DNA of 64,000 nt from a virus. The stretch's first letter is position 1, and the number at the start of each line of letters is the position of its first letter. The notes under the pieces are model-generated. The model made no database searches and was not told where the DNA came from. It saw only the letters and a program-made list of their open reading frames with translations. Shown here in pieces: positions 39,601 to 50,600 of this stretch. The stretch lies in IMG/VR virus record IMGVR_UViG_3300005573_001035, positions 64,001 to 128,000 of that record. The stretch is one strand, 5' to 3'. A program made the position numbers and the translations under genes.

Positions 39601-40782
39601 GCCTTTTCAGAGGGCTCAGAAAAAATCACAAGCTATCTAGATAGTTTATTCTCTGGGGTGAAAGACAAACTGACATCGATAATGGGGGAAATCTCTCCGG
39701 TTATTTCCAAGTTTAGTAATTTCTTAGACATAGCTCAAAGATTTATAGAAGAAAAAGCAACCCCATTTATAACGAGTCTACTCGAAGAAGGCAAAGCCCT
39801 ACCACAAAAACTAGGGTTGAAAAAACCTAAGTCTCCATTAGAAAACATATTTGATACGTTAAGAAACCTTCCTCAGAAATTAGGAGCAAAAGAACCTAGT
39901 GCGTCTCCATTCGAAAACTTGTTTGATAAGATAAGAAACCTTCCTCAGAAATTAGGAGCAAAAGAACCTAGTGCGTCTCCATTCGAAAACTTGTTTGATA
40001 AGATAAGAAACGTTCCTCAAAAATTAGGGTTAGAACCTAAGTCTCTATTAGAAAACATACTTGATACGATAAGAAACGCTCCTCAGAAATTAGGGTTAAA
40101 ACCCAAGTCTCCACTAGAAAACATATTTGATACGTTAAGAAATCTTCCTCAAAAACTAGGAGCAAAAGAACCCACTACGTCCCCAATAGAAGACTTAGAA
40201 AGATTCTTAGGCCTAAGAAAAACACCCTTAGAAAAAGCTAAAGAGAAGATCGAAGAAATAAGACTAGAACCCGTACTCAGAAGGTCCTCCGATTTTATAT
40301 CAGATGTAGCAGATCTTGTAAAATCTTCAATAGAAAAAGGAACAACCAGAATCGAAGACATCTGGGCCCTAGCTAAGAAAGATCTATCTGAAACTGATAT
40401 TCGGTCGGGTCTTTTGTACCAAATCATGCTTCAAGTACAAAGAGATTTCGTAATGGAGCAAATGCAAGAAGGGACAATTCCATTTCCCCAGGGCCTGTTT
40501 TCTAGTAGTCAATCAGCCAAGATTCAATCTGAGCAAATTCGAATACTACGAAACATCGAAAACAAACTAACTCCAAAGCCTACGGTTGAAAGTGGAGGTA
40601 GCAAGGAGGGAGGAAGTTCATCTACCTCAATCAACCAGAATATCTTAACTAACCAGATAAGCAACAATTCTATAATCAATCGTGGAGTTGCAAGAGAAAG
40701 TAAAGCAGGTATCCCGAGCCCAGCAGATGCATTGCAGTTTGGGAATCTAAGCGAGAGCTACATTCCTAGTATAGTGCAATAG
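36652..40782 (+). CDS. Tape measure protein
   Basis: 1376 aa, helical and K/A-rich, with amphipathic repeats and a QHGGVV...IHAAEVI motif. Followed by a tail-initiator-like gene. Confidence 0.7.
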   Translation: MPISAPKDPKLKALVSKLDRAKKITAMATAQRKAALKESKFPTGNTEVRAIKKAGIEAATRVRKTTASRRVPESPEVVTQIATAAVEVSKVSANLVERLGEISAKIVKATAQNLGKAVSDYSKAISEDISVNKRNLMALSLSAISPIAGYFASKFFETEFFQNIKNKFKEKASDVLSLIGEKIRTVLSKIPVVKSFVAGISKVSRAEKTEEIPQLQHGGVVKKAGLAKIHAAEVIGPIDKVIPFTNRKWRRELIGDALSQIGKLSGIKIGFNKLSKYLTKQVFGIFSAIGARIGRWKQTYEMFMARFPIFRDIKEWTGAMYKFISSPFRFLFKVRGYTYAKDIMRKGSLLEQMVHILATTYVSTMYRYDYLLAYLRQATYRLGIIAQLKDPSVQEPSGPMGWRIAGKVTGGLLFLPSLLIKALLGWGGPLKLSKRLLRGKRRTTIKSPFWYTALPESFESEWGPTQPQTINQILVLVGESGLKLLRKRKQGLIGLTSGITTESKQKALPSPPYPTPLLVTEAELHALRSKKGTIIEILSEIVSGIRKKLSEEKKTLAKTIRSKLEDITGGIKKDLLKKKETLPKILTTVLTRTTSPFSKKISAFITAALDFFKKFGALSKSLARKGGSYFFKILGVLGSLASSVFGFLGSVGMRFLSLAVGRFLPSVGRLFPFVGRFFPLIGRFLPLIGGFLGRFLPFVVARIPLLTALLGAGKFYSELSKEETPREKAFREKYNIPKAGMAGVSAFSTIGSLVGLDLEKEMKEADEAISNIDKKRQESNQIFLEKKISQMSPAARDAFEKQLRQTAAERGPQAAVEALLKLRRDGLLISKDQKLYVAGELDITPIKEKAKQTVQSKIEEASEKANQIISKGIKITEDIKHKLEQEGVVEKVNKIKEQALDKLKSSAEKIKKLKKEGDIWSDYPYELGMPPEEATSDKIKRIAERQAKEGYNIAKESIEKTYNELVSDTYKQIEKLFSINIKQAFSEGSEKITSYLDSLFSGVKDKLTSIMGEISPVISKFSNFLDIAQRFIEEKATPFITSLLEEGKALPQKLGLKKPKSPLENIFDTLRNLPQKLGAKEPSASPFENLFDKIRNLPQKLGAKEPSASPFENLFDKIRNVPQKLGLEPKSLLENILDTIRNAPQKLGLKPKSPLENIFDTLRNLPQKLGAKEPTTSPIEDLERFLGLRKTPLEKAKEKIEEIRLEPVLRRSSDFISDVADLVKSSIEKGTTRIEDIWALAKKDLSETDIRSGLLYQIMLQVQRDFVMEQMQEGTIPFPQGLFSSSQSAKIQSEQIRILRNIENKLTPKPTVESGGSKEGGSSSTSINQNILTNQISNNSIINRGVARESKAGIPSPADALQFGNLSESYIPSIVQ
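38629..38748 (+). repeat. 21-bp coding tandem repeat, (V/I)GRF(L/F)P-x
   Basis: Translation AVGRFLPSVGRLFPFVGRFFPLIGRFLPLIGGFLGRFLPFV. Confidence 0.85.
39802..40200 (+). repeat. 66-72 bp coding tandem repeat, six PQKLG units
   Basis: PQKLG...SP(L/F)EN(I/L)FD..RN units, two of them near-identical 72-bp copies. Confidence 0.9.
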
Positions 40783-40811
40783 AAAACTTCTAAGAAAGAG
40801 GTCTAAAAAAC

Positions 40812-41921
40812 ATGGTTCAAATACCAAAAATCATAGGCTTTCCTCCAGACCAGGTCATAGAAGGCCAGAATATGCTAATAAATTCTATTCCAATAATGAT
40901 GCTTAAACCCTGTCTTCCTGAATTTGAAGCGGGAATACAGTTATTCAGATTAAGCCCTTCTATGGATAAGTACAACGAGAGGTTGAGCCAGTATGGATTT
41001 TCCTTTGGGGGTGATAATTGGATTAGAATAGCATTTAGACCAGAATCATTTACGGAAGATTTTTCTGCCGAGTACGGAGAAACATTCTTTTCAAAATTAA
41101 CTGATGTGGTTAGTGGGGGCTTAGCAGATCTTGCCTATATACTAGGAACCAGAACCGCCGGTGAGGCCGGACGAAAAGTGGTTAGCCCAGAAAGTGCTCA
41201 AGGCAAGATAATCAGAGAAACAGAAGAACAAATTGCAAGAACGGCTGGTGAGTTCCTAGGCGAAAGCGCTGTAGAGAAGCTCAGTAAAGCGCTTCATATG
41301 GTTGGTCAGGCCCTAGCAGGACAAAGATTTCAATTTCCATTGGTTTGGAAAAACAGTGCCTTTTCTCCATCTTACGATGTCACGATCACCCTCTATAATC
41401 CAAAACCAAAAGATCCAGAATCTACCAGGAAGTACATAGTTGGACCCTTAGTAGCATTATTACTATTCACGGTACCCCAATCCGAGGATGGTACCATGTA
41501 TAGTTGGCCATTTTTGTGCGAAGCTAAATGCCCAGGAATCTTCTATCTTCGAGCCGGTTGTGTAACCTCCGTCAATATTACGAAAAACATAGAGCAATAT
41601 ACCGCTTATAACCAACAATTGGGCATCGTAGAGGTAAGAATTAGTCTCAGATCTTTGTACTCAGTTCTAGTCGATTGTGGGTCTACTCTAGGAGGAGCTC
41701 TTCCAAGACTCCACGACTATGTCGAAGTCATGAAAGAAACAAAAGAAACCCGCCCAGTTCATAGTCTTGGATCTTCACCTAGTGATCAAAGAGGAGGAAA
41801 AGGAGGCCGGTTAAGCCAGTTAGGGGCTTCTGCTCAACCCTTAACTAGATCTTCTGATTTTAACGAGGAGCCAAAGAGCAGAGTATCTCCACAGGACCAA
41901 GCCATAGCAAAGTTATTTTAA
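40812..41921 (+). CDS. Putative tail tube initiator/baseplate cap (gp48/gp54-like)
   Basis: FPLVWKNSAFSPSYDVTITLYNP and WPFLCEAKCPG motifs. Position directly after the tape measure gene. Confidence 0.5.
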   Translation: MVQIPKIIGFPPDQVIEGQNMLINSIPIMMLKPCLPEFEAGIQLFRLSPSMDKYNERLSQYGFSFGGDNWIRIAFRPESFTEDFSAEYGETFFSKLTDVVSGGLADLAYILGTRTAGEAGRKVVSPESAQGKIIRETEEQIARTAGEFLGESAVEKLSKALHMVGQALAGQRFQFPLVWKNSAFSPSYDVTITLYNPKPKDPESTRKYIVGPLVALLLFTVPQSEDGTMYSWPFLCEAKCPGIFYLRAGCVTSVNITKNIEQYTAYNQQLGIVEVRISLRSLYSVLVDCGSTLGGALPRLHDYVEVMKETKETRPVHSLGSSPSDQRGGKGGRLSQLGASAQPLTRSSDFNEEPKSRVSPQDQAIAKLF

Positions 41922-41935
41922 TGTGCTTGGGAGTC

Positions 41936-43123
41936 CTATGGTTTTTTCGTGCTATTGGGAGTGGGGAAGAAGCATAGCTTATTCCTACAATATAGAACCA
42001 AGTACAACGCAATAAACCATCGGAATAAAGCCATTGTTTGGGAACTTATAGTATAGCCCCTAGGGTATAAGGCTAAGAGAAGATCTGTACAGAGTTCATC
42101 GATTTGTTGCTTAAAGTAAATAGGTTTCTTTGAAGTTTTAACTGATAGCAATCTTCGAGTAAAATCTAACATTTCTGGATTGCAAAATAGTCGATAGTCT
42201 TTAATCTCAGAAAATAACAAAGACAAAATAATTTCTAACTTATCTGTATAGGCGTGGGTTGATAATTTCTGGATAGATTTTCTCGCTAAATCAATTCCAA
42301 TTCCAGTTCTATTCTTAGCCTGAATCAACGCTTCCTCGTCTATCGATGAGTAAATTGTAATCCTTTCCACTATGCTTCGAATAAAAGCTTTTCTTCGAAC
42401 CTCGTTTGTAATATCTACCTGGATACCGAAAGGAGCCTGCTCTGGACTATAATCGGTTGTGACGGTGGTTCCAAGTTTCTTCCTTTGAATATCATAGTAC
42501 ATAGCCAGAAACGATTTCAAAGAAATTGACACCCTAGTTCTAGTCTCCCTCACAAGAAAACTAAACAGATTCGCACCCAAGATCCTATCTTTCTTGTTCA
42601 AGAAAGTCTTAAATTCTAGTTCATACTTCCTAGAGATTTCGGAAGCTAAGTGGTCTAAGGCTCCACTAATACCTCCTTTCTTTCTAAAGAGATGGGTTTT
42701 AGGAATGAGTTGTAAGGCGAGGGAAAAAGCATCTGGGTTACAGTACTTAAGGCTCTTATGCAAGAAATTCGAATAATGTAAAATTACAAGTAGAAGCAGC
42801 GAAGTCTTATACATGCTCATATCACCAACTGACAAAAAAGAGCCAGCCAAAGAAACTAAAAGATAAGAATCTGGATTTCGTTCTAGTTTCCAATGTTCTT
42901 TAATTTTACTTCCAGCAAAAAAGGAATCCATCGAGTTGAGGATAGCCGAAGGACTAATTCCTAACTCCCTAGTAAGTTGCAAAGAAAATTCTCTAAACTT
43001 TGGGTAGAAACACGCTCCAGATAAAGAGGCAAGATCCGATGCAGCTTTCTTAACAATTAAGATTCGTACATTTCTTTGGGTCGATATAGGAGAAGAAACA
43101 ATTTTTGTAATTAGATCAAGCAT
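41936..43123 (-). CDS. Hypothetical phage protein
   Basis: 395 aa helical ORF. Confidence 0.6.
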   Translation of the reverse strand: MLDLITKIVSSPISTQRNVRILIVKKAASDLASLSGACFYPKFREFSLQLTRELGISPSAILNSMDSFFAGSKIKEHWKLERNPDSYLLVSLAGSFLSVGDMSMYKTSLLLLVILHYSNFLHKSLKYCNPDAFSLALQLIPKTHLFRKKGGISGALDHLASEISRKYELEFKTFLNKKDRILGANLFSFLVRETRTRVSISLKSFLAMYYDIQRKKLGTTVTTDYSPEQAPFGIQVDITNEVRRKAFIRSIVERITIYSSIDEEALIQAKNRTGIGIDLARKSIQKLSTHAYTDKLEIILSLLFSEIKDYRLFCNPEMLDFTRRLLSVKTSKKPIYFKQQIDELCTDLLLALYPRGYTISSQTMALFRWFIALYLVLYCRNKLCFFPTPNSTKKP

Positions 43124-43189
43124 CTTTTTTTGACTCTCTCTTTTCTATATGTGTGTAGTCTAGCATATGTATACTGTACATAAAAGTTC

Positions 43190-43984
43190 TTACGATTTAA
43201 CTTGGCTAGATAATACGGTAATCGTTATGTCACTTTCTGTAAAATATAAGAACTCAGGAACATATTCTAACAGTTCCTGCTCGGATAAATCCTCTAGAGT
43301 ATAATTATAAAAGATATTGCATCGTGGTTCAATAAGCCTAACGTGCTCCACCCCATCTATGTTATGACAGACATCAATAATTTCAGATCGAAACAGGCTT
43401 TTCTGAATTCCGAAACGAGACTTAAAGGACTTAACCAAAGTTTCCTTCACAGTAGGAATCAATAGAACCTCCGAAACTGGAGACAGAGGTTCCCTAACAA
43501 GTTCCAAAGAAATCTTTAGAGGAATCGTAAACTCTGGAACTACCCACCCTAGATCACCGAAAACGTATTTCTTCTTTTTACTTCGTACGTACACAATGTC
43601 ATCTACCTTTGGCTGTATGAAGCTCCATTGCATAGTTGGAGTTACTTGCTCTAGCTGAGCGATCATATCTTTCTTACCTTGCCATGGTCCACCCTCAGCG
43701 CCCGAGACAATGTAACGATCTCCTACGGTTCCGCTTGAAGGAACTTGCTTTAAGTCCATATCCAACACATCTTGCTGTGTAACTCGATTGTATTGCATAT
43801 TTCGCATAGTACCATAACAATTCGCAAATTTTAAGTTTACGAAATCAGTTAACATCCTGTACTTAGAAAATGTTGCGCTCTTTAAGAGTTTCTGAATAAT
43901 ATTTAGCTCAAAAGCCTTCTTGTCGATGGAATCATAATAAGATTTTAGAATAACAGGAACATCGTAGACGATGATTTTTGACAC
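43190..43984 (-). CDS. Baseplate wedge C-terminal-like protein with DUF2793-like insertion
   Basis: GDRYIVS...GPWQGK...WSFIQP...VYV...YVF..GW (DUF2793-like). FG...LFRSEIIDVCHNIDGVEHVRL resembles the baseplate J/gp6 C-terminus. Confidence 0.6.
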   Translation of the reverse strand: MSKIIVYDVPVILKSYYDSIDKKAFELNIIQKLLKSATFSKYRMLTDFVNLKFANCYGTMRNMQYNRVTQQDVLDMDLKQVPSSGTVGDRYIVSGAEGGPWQGKKDMIAQLEQVTPTMQWSFIQPKVDDIVYVRSKKKKYVFGDLGWVVPEFTIPLKISLELVREPLSPVSEVLLIPTVKETLVKSFKSRFGIQKSLFRSEIIDVCHNIDGVEHVRLIEPRCNIFYNYTLEDLSEQELLEYVPEFLYFTESDITITVLSSQVKS

Positions 43985-44008
43985 TAGATAGTTCCTCCTT
44001 CTTGTTTT

Positions 44009-47000
44009 TTATTGTAGTATGTACTTAGTTCCAATAGCTAACTTAGACCAATCTCCTAGCGAGTAGTAAGAACCGAATGGAACATCCCAGTAAACAAAGA
44101 AATCAGAACTTGGAATTTGCTCAGTTTTAGTCCCATCCTGAGTTCTGTAGGTTATTCGGAGATTAACTCCTGTTGATTGGTCTAGAACAAAAACGGTATT
44201 AGAATTATCTTCTTGCGTTTCTATGAAAAGGACAATTGGAAATACATCCCACGTAAAAGGAATAGTAACGGGAGAGGTAGAATCGAGAACATAACTCACT
44301 AATTCCTGTATTACTGGAGTAATATCAATGGTTAGTTCGATACTTGTGGTTGCGTCATTAAAAACAACCTCTTTCTCTACATAGGTGCTGGTTTTACTTC
44401 TAGAAATGAAATCTTGTGGAGAACTAAATAAATCTGGATGAGAACTCAGCTCAGCTCGGATTCGAAAAGTAACTTTTCGGTCCTCTTCCACTAAATCTTG
44501 GTCTAAGTTATTGCCCCCTGAGATAGGAACTAGGTCTATGGAATCAAATTTAGGAGTTGCTTCTTGAACTTTCATATTGATCTCGGCTTTTGTTAAATCT
44601 TGTATCCAAGACCAAGTGTAGCGAATATATTCGGTCGAAGTTTGAATCACTTCTTTCAGTCCTGTTGTTGCTTGGGTCCAACCCCTGTTGACACCCCAGT
44701 CAGACATGGAGCACGCAAGATTTAGAGAACTTCCATCAAACCAAAACACGTTGTTAAGATTATCCTCTCCAGCTGAACTATAGGCCATAGCGCCACCGTA
44801 TCTAGAGTTCGAGCAACTAGCACCACCAGCAATTCTATCTAAAAGGGTCCCAATAAAACTTGCAGATCCGGAAGAAACTAATGAAAATTCCTCCATATCA
44901 AAATAATATTCATCTCCCGTTCCATCAGTTATTCCTCCAAATAAAGTGCAAGTATAAGGACTATCGTACACGTATGACCCAGCTCTGCTAGCTTGTAAAG
45001 ATCCCCAATAAGATCCCACTCCTTCAGATCCCGCATACAAAACCTCAATATCCGATACATTCGCCACAATACTGGTAGTATCAAAAAATTGTGTCACTCC
45101 CCCAATAACAAAACAATCTCCAACATAACTTTCAGCCGCGTTAGAAATACCTCTCGCATATGAAAGAGACGCCGTACTGGTAGTTAGCGTTCGATCATCA
45201 TAGAGATCCAAAACCACGTCCGTAAATAATGAGTTATCTACTCTAAAACCACCAACAACAGTAATCTTACCATACGCAGTAGTAAAAGAAACTGGCCAAA
45301 GAAGGCCATTACTTAAACTAGTAGTCCATGTAGACCAAGTATCATCTGGCAGATAATAGAACGTTACTTCTAAAACTGAGTCGGTTAGATCTGGAACCGT
45401 CGTGAATGCACTAAAAGAATCAACCCAACTATGTGATCCACCAATAAAAACCGCCTCGGAGCCTCCAGAAATGCATGAGGCAGTCCCAGCAAGTCTTCCA
45501 CCCCAGTATAGGTCATTGTTTGTAACCAAGACCTCTTTAGTGGTAAAAGATATGATAGAGAGTCGATTAAAAGAGTAGCCACCTAATTCTGTGCATCCTC
45601 CATGAAAAATCCCAACATCGTACCAATGGACAGTCTGGACTTCTTCCGCTCTCCATAGATTTAATGGCCCAATATTGTATTCTCGGCCGTAAGGGGCTCC
45701 AGAAAAACGAAACCCCAAAGTGCTGCTCGATTGAACTCGAAAAGTGCTTCTCATCACAGGAAACAAGTCTACAGATAATCGAAAATTTGTAAGGGCTTTC
45801 GTTACTAGTTCGGAACTAATAATGGAAGTTGAATCCTCGACTACTAGAAAACCAAAATTAATCTCAGCTTGAATCTCTTCTCCTGTAATAGCCCTAGGGG
45901 TTGGAACAAGGTCAATATTGGTAAAAGATGTTTCAAAGAATTCGTCTGACCCCTCGCTAAGTTCAATTTCTGAGTTCGTATCCAAGAATTTAATCTTGCA
46001 AAACCACTTATAAGAATAATCTTCATTCGTTAATTCTGGAAGCTCATTTTGGTCTCTTTTCACATTAACTCGGAACTTTGTGGGACTTCCAGAATATGTA
46101 ACAAAAGATATAAGGCCTGACTCATAATCCGGATTTTGATATATGACATTGGGACTTATGATTTGATTTTTAAGAGGAAGAAGATACTTGAACTGGTTAG
46201 ACCTAGTACTGAATACTCCTGCAAAGATCGAAGTGTAGAATTCTCCATCAATTTTAAATACCTGATCGGAAGGAATAAAGAAAAACTCGTTACCAGGATC
46301 TAGACCAAAAGTAAAGTTAAAAGCAAGCTTCTCAGTCCTAAAAGGAACTAAGGTTTCTTGCATCTTAGACGTGATGATATCGTATGTTTCTGATTTCGCA
46401 ATTATGTATTCTTGGATATCATTTATCTGAGTATCAGATCTTTTAAGAATAGGAATACACTGATCATAAGAGGTTTCTCGATCCACAACTTGAAGATTCT
46501 TATAGTCATTCGTAGAAACAAGCTTAAAAATAGTGCTTATATGTTGAAGAGAATTATAGCGAACCGTTTCTAGATCTTCTTCATCTTTCCCACCAGAACT
46601 AGGAAATGGATTCCCTACCATCAAAGATACGGTCCTAGAAACGGGACCATCTTGAACCTTAACTTGGCTTTGTAAACTAGTTATAGAATATGCTGGAACA
46701 TTACCCATGGATCCCATAGTTTCATAGATCTTAACTCGGACTTTAGATCCAGGGGGAGGTTGTTTTCCTATAAGAGAGTTGCCAAAAAAGATTCGAACTA
46801 GTTTTTCATTTCCCCCAGTAGAAACTCTTTTGTAGACAAAACCCTCGCTATCTGATAAAAGAAGAAACAAACTACTATACTTCTTATAAGGAATCCAAGT
46901 TGCCGAACCGGTTTCTAAGACCTCAACCTCAACATCATATAATTGATTAGAATATAAGAAATCCATCGTTAAGAATTGGTATGGTTTTATATCAGAGGGA

Positions 47001-47602
47001 ATTGTGGTAAAGTAAACTTTCTCATCTAATTGTTTAATAGAAGTTGAGAATATAACGTACGGAGCATCATTCGTGGTGGTATCTAGAACAAACGGCAAAG
47101 ATTGAGATTCAGATGTATCTGGATCTATCTCGGTTACACTCTTGGGGTAGCCTCCAGAAATTTCTATTAGAATATCTTTAGGAATTCGAAATACAATGTC
47201 GTTCGAATTGTATTGAGAGGTAACAGCGGTTCCTTTTGGAATTTGAATTGTAATCTGAGGTGAAGCAAAATCTAATCTTAGAGCAATGTTTAGTTGCGTT
47301 TCGCTATAATATGCATTTTTAGGAGAGTACGCAACAAATGCTGCCAAATTATAGATGCTCTCTGGCAGCTTTGCTTGGGTAAGAAAAAACTCTCTGTACG
47401 AAACCAAAGAATAAAAAAGCTGGTTAATAGATAGTTCAGATAGAATCTTACATATAGAATAAATGACCGGAGTCTTAGAAACATCAATATTCTCAACTTC
47501 TAAGTAACTTTTTACATAGTCCCTAATGTAAGAATAGATTGTATCTTTATTTAGTGCAATCTCCTCGCTAACTAGCGAGACAGGAAAAGTTTTGTCAGAC
47601 AC
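44009..47602 (-). CDS. Baseplate wedge gp6-like protein with Kelch-like propeller extension
   Basis: EFFLTQA...SIYNLA, IFFGN..IGKQPP.GS, ETMGSMGNV and SGGKDEE...LVSTNDY. Later (I/V)GG Kelch-like repeats. Confidence 0.8.
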   Translation of the reverse strand: MSDKTFPVSLVSEEIALNKDTIYSYIRDYVKSYLEVENIDVSKTPVIYSICKILSELSINQLFYSLVSYREFFLTQAKLPESIYNLAAFVAYSPKNAYYSETQLNIALRLDFASPQITIQIPKGTAVTSQYNSNDIVFRIPKDILIEISGGYPKSVTEIDPDTSESQSLPFVLDTTTNDAPYVIFSTSIKQLDEKVYFTTIPSDIKPYQFLTMDFLYSNQLYDVEVEVLETGSATWIPYKKYSSLFLLLSDSEGFVYKRVSTGGNEKLVRIFFGNSLIGKQPPPGSKVRVKIYETMGSMGNVPAYSITSLQSQVKVQDGPVSRTVSLMVGNPFPSSGGKDEEDLETVRYNSLQHISTIFKLVSTNDYKNLQVVDRETSYDQCIPILKRSDTQINDIQEYIIAKSETYDIITSKMQETLVPFRTEKLAFNFTFGLDPGNEFFFIPSDQVFKIDGEFYTSIFAGVFSTRSNQFKYLLPLKNQIISPNVIYQNPDYESGLISFVTYSGSPTKFRVNVKRDQNELPELTNEDYSYKWFCKIKFLDTNSEIELSEGSDEFFETSFTNIDLVPTPRAITGEEIQAEINFGFLVVEDSTSIISSELVTKALTNFRLSVDLFPVMRSTFRVQSSSTLGFRFSGAPYGREYNIGPLNLWRAEEVQTVHWYDVGIFHGGCTELGGYSFNRLSIISFTTKEVLVTNNDLYWGGRLAGTASCISGGSEAVFIGGSHSWVDSFSAFTTVPDLTDSVLEVTFYYLPDDTWSTWTTSLSNGLLWPVSFTTAYGKITVVGGFRVDNSLFTDVVLDLYDDRTLTTSTASLSYARGISNAAESYVGDCFVIGGVTQFFDTTSIVANVSDIEVLYAGSEGVGSYWGSLQASRAGSYVYDSPYTCTLFGGITDGTGDEYYFDMEEFSLVSSGSASFIGTLLDRIAGGASCSNSRYGGAMAYSSAGEDNLNNVFWFDGSSLNLACSMSDWGVNRGWTQATTGLKEVIQTSTEYIRYTWSWIQDLTKAEINMKVQEATPKFDSIDLVPISGGNNLDQDLVEEDRKVTFRIRAELSSHPDLFSSPQDFISRSKTSTYVEKEVVFNDATTSIELTIDITPVIQELVSYVLDSTSPVTIPFTWDVFPIVLFIETQEDNSNTVFVLDQSTGVNLRITYRTQDGTKTEQIPSSDFFVYWDVPFGSYYSLGDWSKLAIGTKYILQ

Positions 47603-47658
47603 AATTCTTTCTCCCCCTAGTTTAAGAAAACTTATGGAACTTTCATTTTACCTCTTTT

Positions 47659-50600
47659 CTACATACTACAAGCATCTGGGTTCAAAGATCCAGTAATATC
47701 GATATCTAAATCTGCTATCTGCTGAGTTAAAGACCCAGAAGAAAAATCAATAGTAAAAACAGAGCTAACATAATTGCTGGTTCCAACGGGTTTTCGGACC
47801 ATACCACAACCTTTATCCAGAGAACGACTAGCCTGAGAACTAGAAACTGCCCCTAACCCATAAGGCTGAGAGGAAGACAAGAAACTAAGTTGTAGCAATC
47901 CAGATGCAATTTCTCCAGTTGCGAAAGAAATTTCATCCATGTAACTATAAGTCCAAGAACTAGATCCAGTTAAGGCCCCTAGCAAGTAAGAAGAAAACCT
48001 ATTGCTCATGCTCCTAGTAATGCAAGCTAAAGATAAAGATCCCATCTGTTGCACAGAGGTATAGTTATTAACAAACTTCTCACAAGTCGAAAGATACAAA
48101 AGATTAGGGCTTACACTACTTACACCCCCAAGAATGTAAAAAGATGGATTAGAATCATAATCAAAATTACAAGCAATGGCATGTCCAGCTCTTGCTCCTA
48201 AACAAAGATTGCCAAATGCAGTGCTTGAAGACCAGATACCAATCTTAGAAATATTACTTAGAGTTGTAGTTCCAGAGCCTCCCACGCCCCCACAATGGAA
48301 ACCAATCTCATTGGTGCCAGGAGAGTACATTTGGGCAGCAGCCCATTTAGTGGTAGCGGTGAGAAGTGGGTATCCAGAACTCACAACATAATTGGAATTA
48401 AGTTTCTGCCCAGTGGTTGTAGAAACCGTCCCACTTGAATCGGAACTCCCGCCAAGCAAAAGAACTATATCGGAATAAGTTTTATTTGTAGCTGCCAACC
48501 CGTACCTAGTACCTCCCGAACTAGCAAGAGTCCCTGTTTTAGATTGGGTATACAGATTATAAGTTGTGAAATTCCAGGAACTAGATGACTGAATCCCCGG
48601 ATGCACAAACTTTGTGTAAAGCATATCAAGATCTAAAACAAGGATATTCTGAGATAGAACCATTCTAATGGTTTCTCTTGAAAGACCAAGTACAAATTGC
48701 TTCCTCCCACGACCAATCTCAGAATAGTACGTTGGATCAGCAAAACTTGGTGTGATTGTTTCCTGGCCAGAAGCTAAATTTCCAGCATCTTCAATAAATG
48801 CATACTTGGCGCTTTGTAAGGAAAAAGAAACAATATCTTCTTGATCTTTAGCTTGGGGAGCATAGTAATTAAGCCAGAAGAATACTCCCCCATCCGCAAC
48901 GCTAGTTGGTTGCCAAGAGACAGTTGCTGACATATCAGAAAGCTGGGCTAGGTGAAAGTTGTTACATTGAAATGGGTCTACTAAGATGGTATCTGAATAT
49001 TCTCCTATATATTGCCCATAGATTGCGCAGACCCGAATATACTGAGGTTTTACCTTGTTCCTTACTATGTATGAGGTATCGGGTATGAAATAAGTATTCA
49101 AAGCAGTTTGAAAGTCAGGATCTTCAGCAACTTGAACTTTATAAAGACTCGCCCCAAGGACTGGGTTCCAAGATAAAGAAATACTTCCATCAGAAACTTG
49201 AACTGAGGCTTGAAGATTCTCAACCCTCCCTAAGCCAAGAAACAATCTAGTGGGTTGGGCTGGAGTGACTGCAAGATCGGTTTCTCCATTCTGAGGAGTC
49301 TTAGATGTTATAAGTGCGTATCTTTCAACCAAAGGAACAAGAGGAATGGTGACAGACGTTTCTTCTATATTCTCATACTTAGATAGATAGTTTTGAGGAG
49401 AAACGGAGGTGGAATCTGAGAGGTATATACAGTAGGAAACTTTGCTTTTAGAATCTAGTATGGGGTCCCAGAATAAAGTTACCGTCTTAGCTTGCGTATT
49501 ATAGACTGGATCTTTAAGGGAGGGAGAAGGGGGAGGAGAAATAATAGGACTTAGCATCATCGTTTTAAGATTCATCGTAATTATACAATCCCACGAATAA
49601 GTGAACAATTTCTGGGTACCTTGTAAATAGATGCTCAGTTGGAAATGAAGGTTTCCATCTGGAAAGTAACTATAATGAGGAGTAAGAATTGTAAATTTCT
49701 TATCCCCCGCAAAGTTAATAGATCCAAGAGTCTTATTCCACTCTTTGACGAATAGGGTGGCAGTTGTCTGGTTGAAAGTTGGTTCTGTGGTGTCATACAT
49801 GGCATCGATAACTACGGTGCCATCTTGATTCCTACTAATATGAATCTTACTAACCGATAAAGCATACTCTTGAGGGTAGAAATTTTGCATAGAATCAGGA
49901 GATAGTTCTATTTCAATATCTGTAACTTTGTACGAGTACTCACAACACCCATTTACATAATCAAAGCTAAGATCAAAGGGAAGAATATACTCATCGTTAT
50001 CATCCAGGGCAACAATCTGCGACCCTTGAGATAAAGATGAAGGTTTAGATGTGATATCTATTTGTACACTTCTAAGAGGCAACCAAGCAGAGTCGGAACT
50101 GGTTCCATCTACATAGTTACAAGTGCTGGATAAGTAACAAAACACGCTGTTTCTATGAATTGGAGTTGTTTTGGCGATTACATACGAGTCAGAAAATGGA
50201 AAATCTTCCAACAAAGAAGGCATATTCTCAAAATCAAGATTCGTAACCAATCTAGACAACTCGGTTATACTATCAATAGCTTGGCGCCTGGTAATTTCTG
50301 GTAGCTCAGCGTCTTCTCCACCACTAGCAGGAAACGGATTCGTAATAGAGAATTCTAGAAGTTGCAATTCCTGGGTTACTGGATCTTGAACAAAGATTCG
50401 ATCACAGCTCTTTATTGAACCGGCAATAACATTTCCCGCTGACCCCATGGTCTCCTCAACGGTAACTCGGACAGTAGATCCAGGCTGGGGTTGTTGACCG
50501 AGAAGGCTATTGCCAAAATAGATCTTAAGATTATTTCCAGATCTTCTAACTACGTATCCCCGATCATAAGGGGACATAAGGAATAAGCTATAGAATTCTG

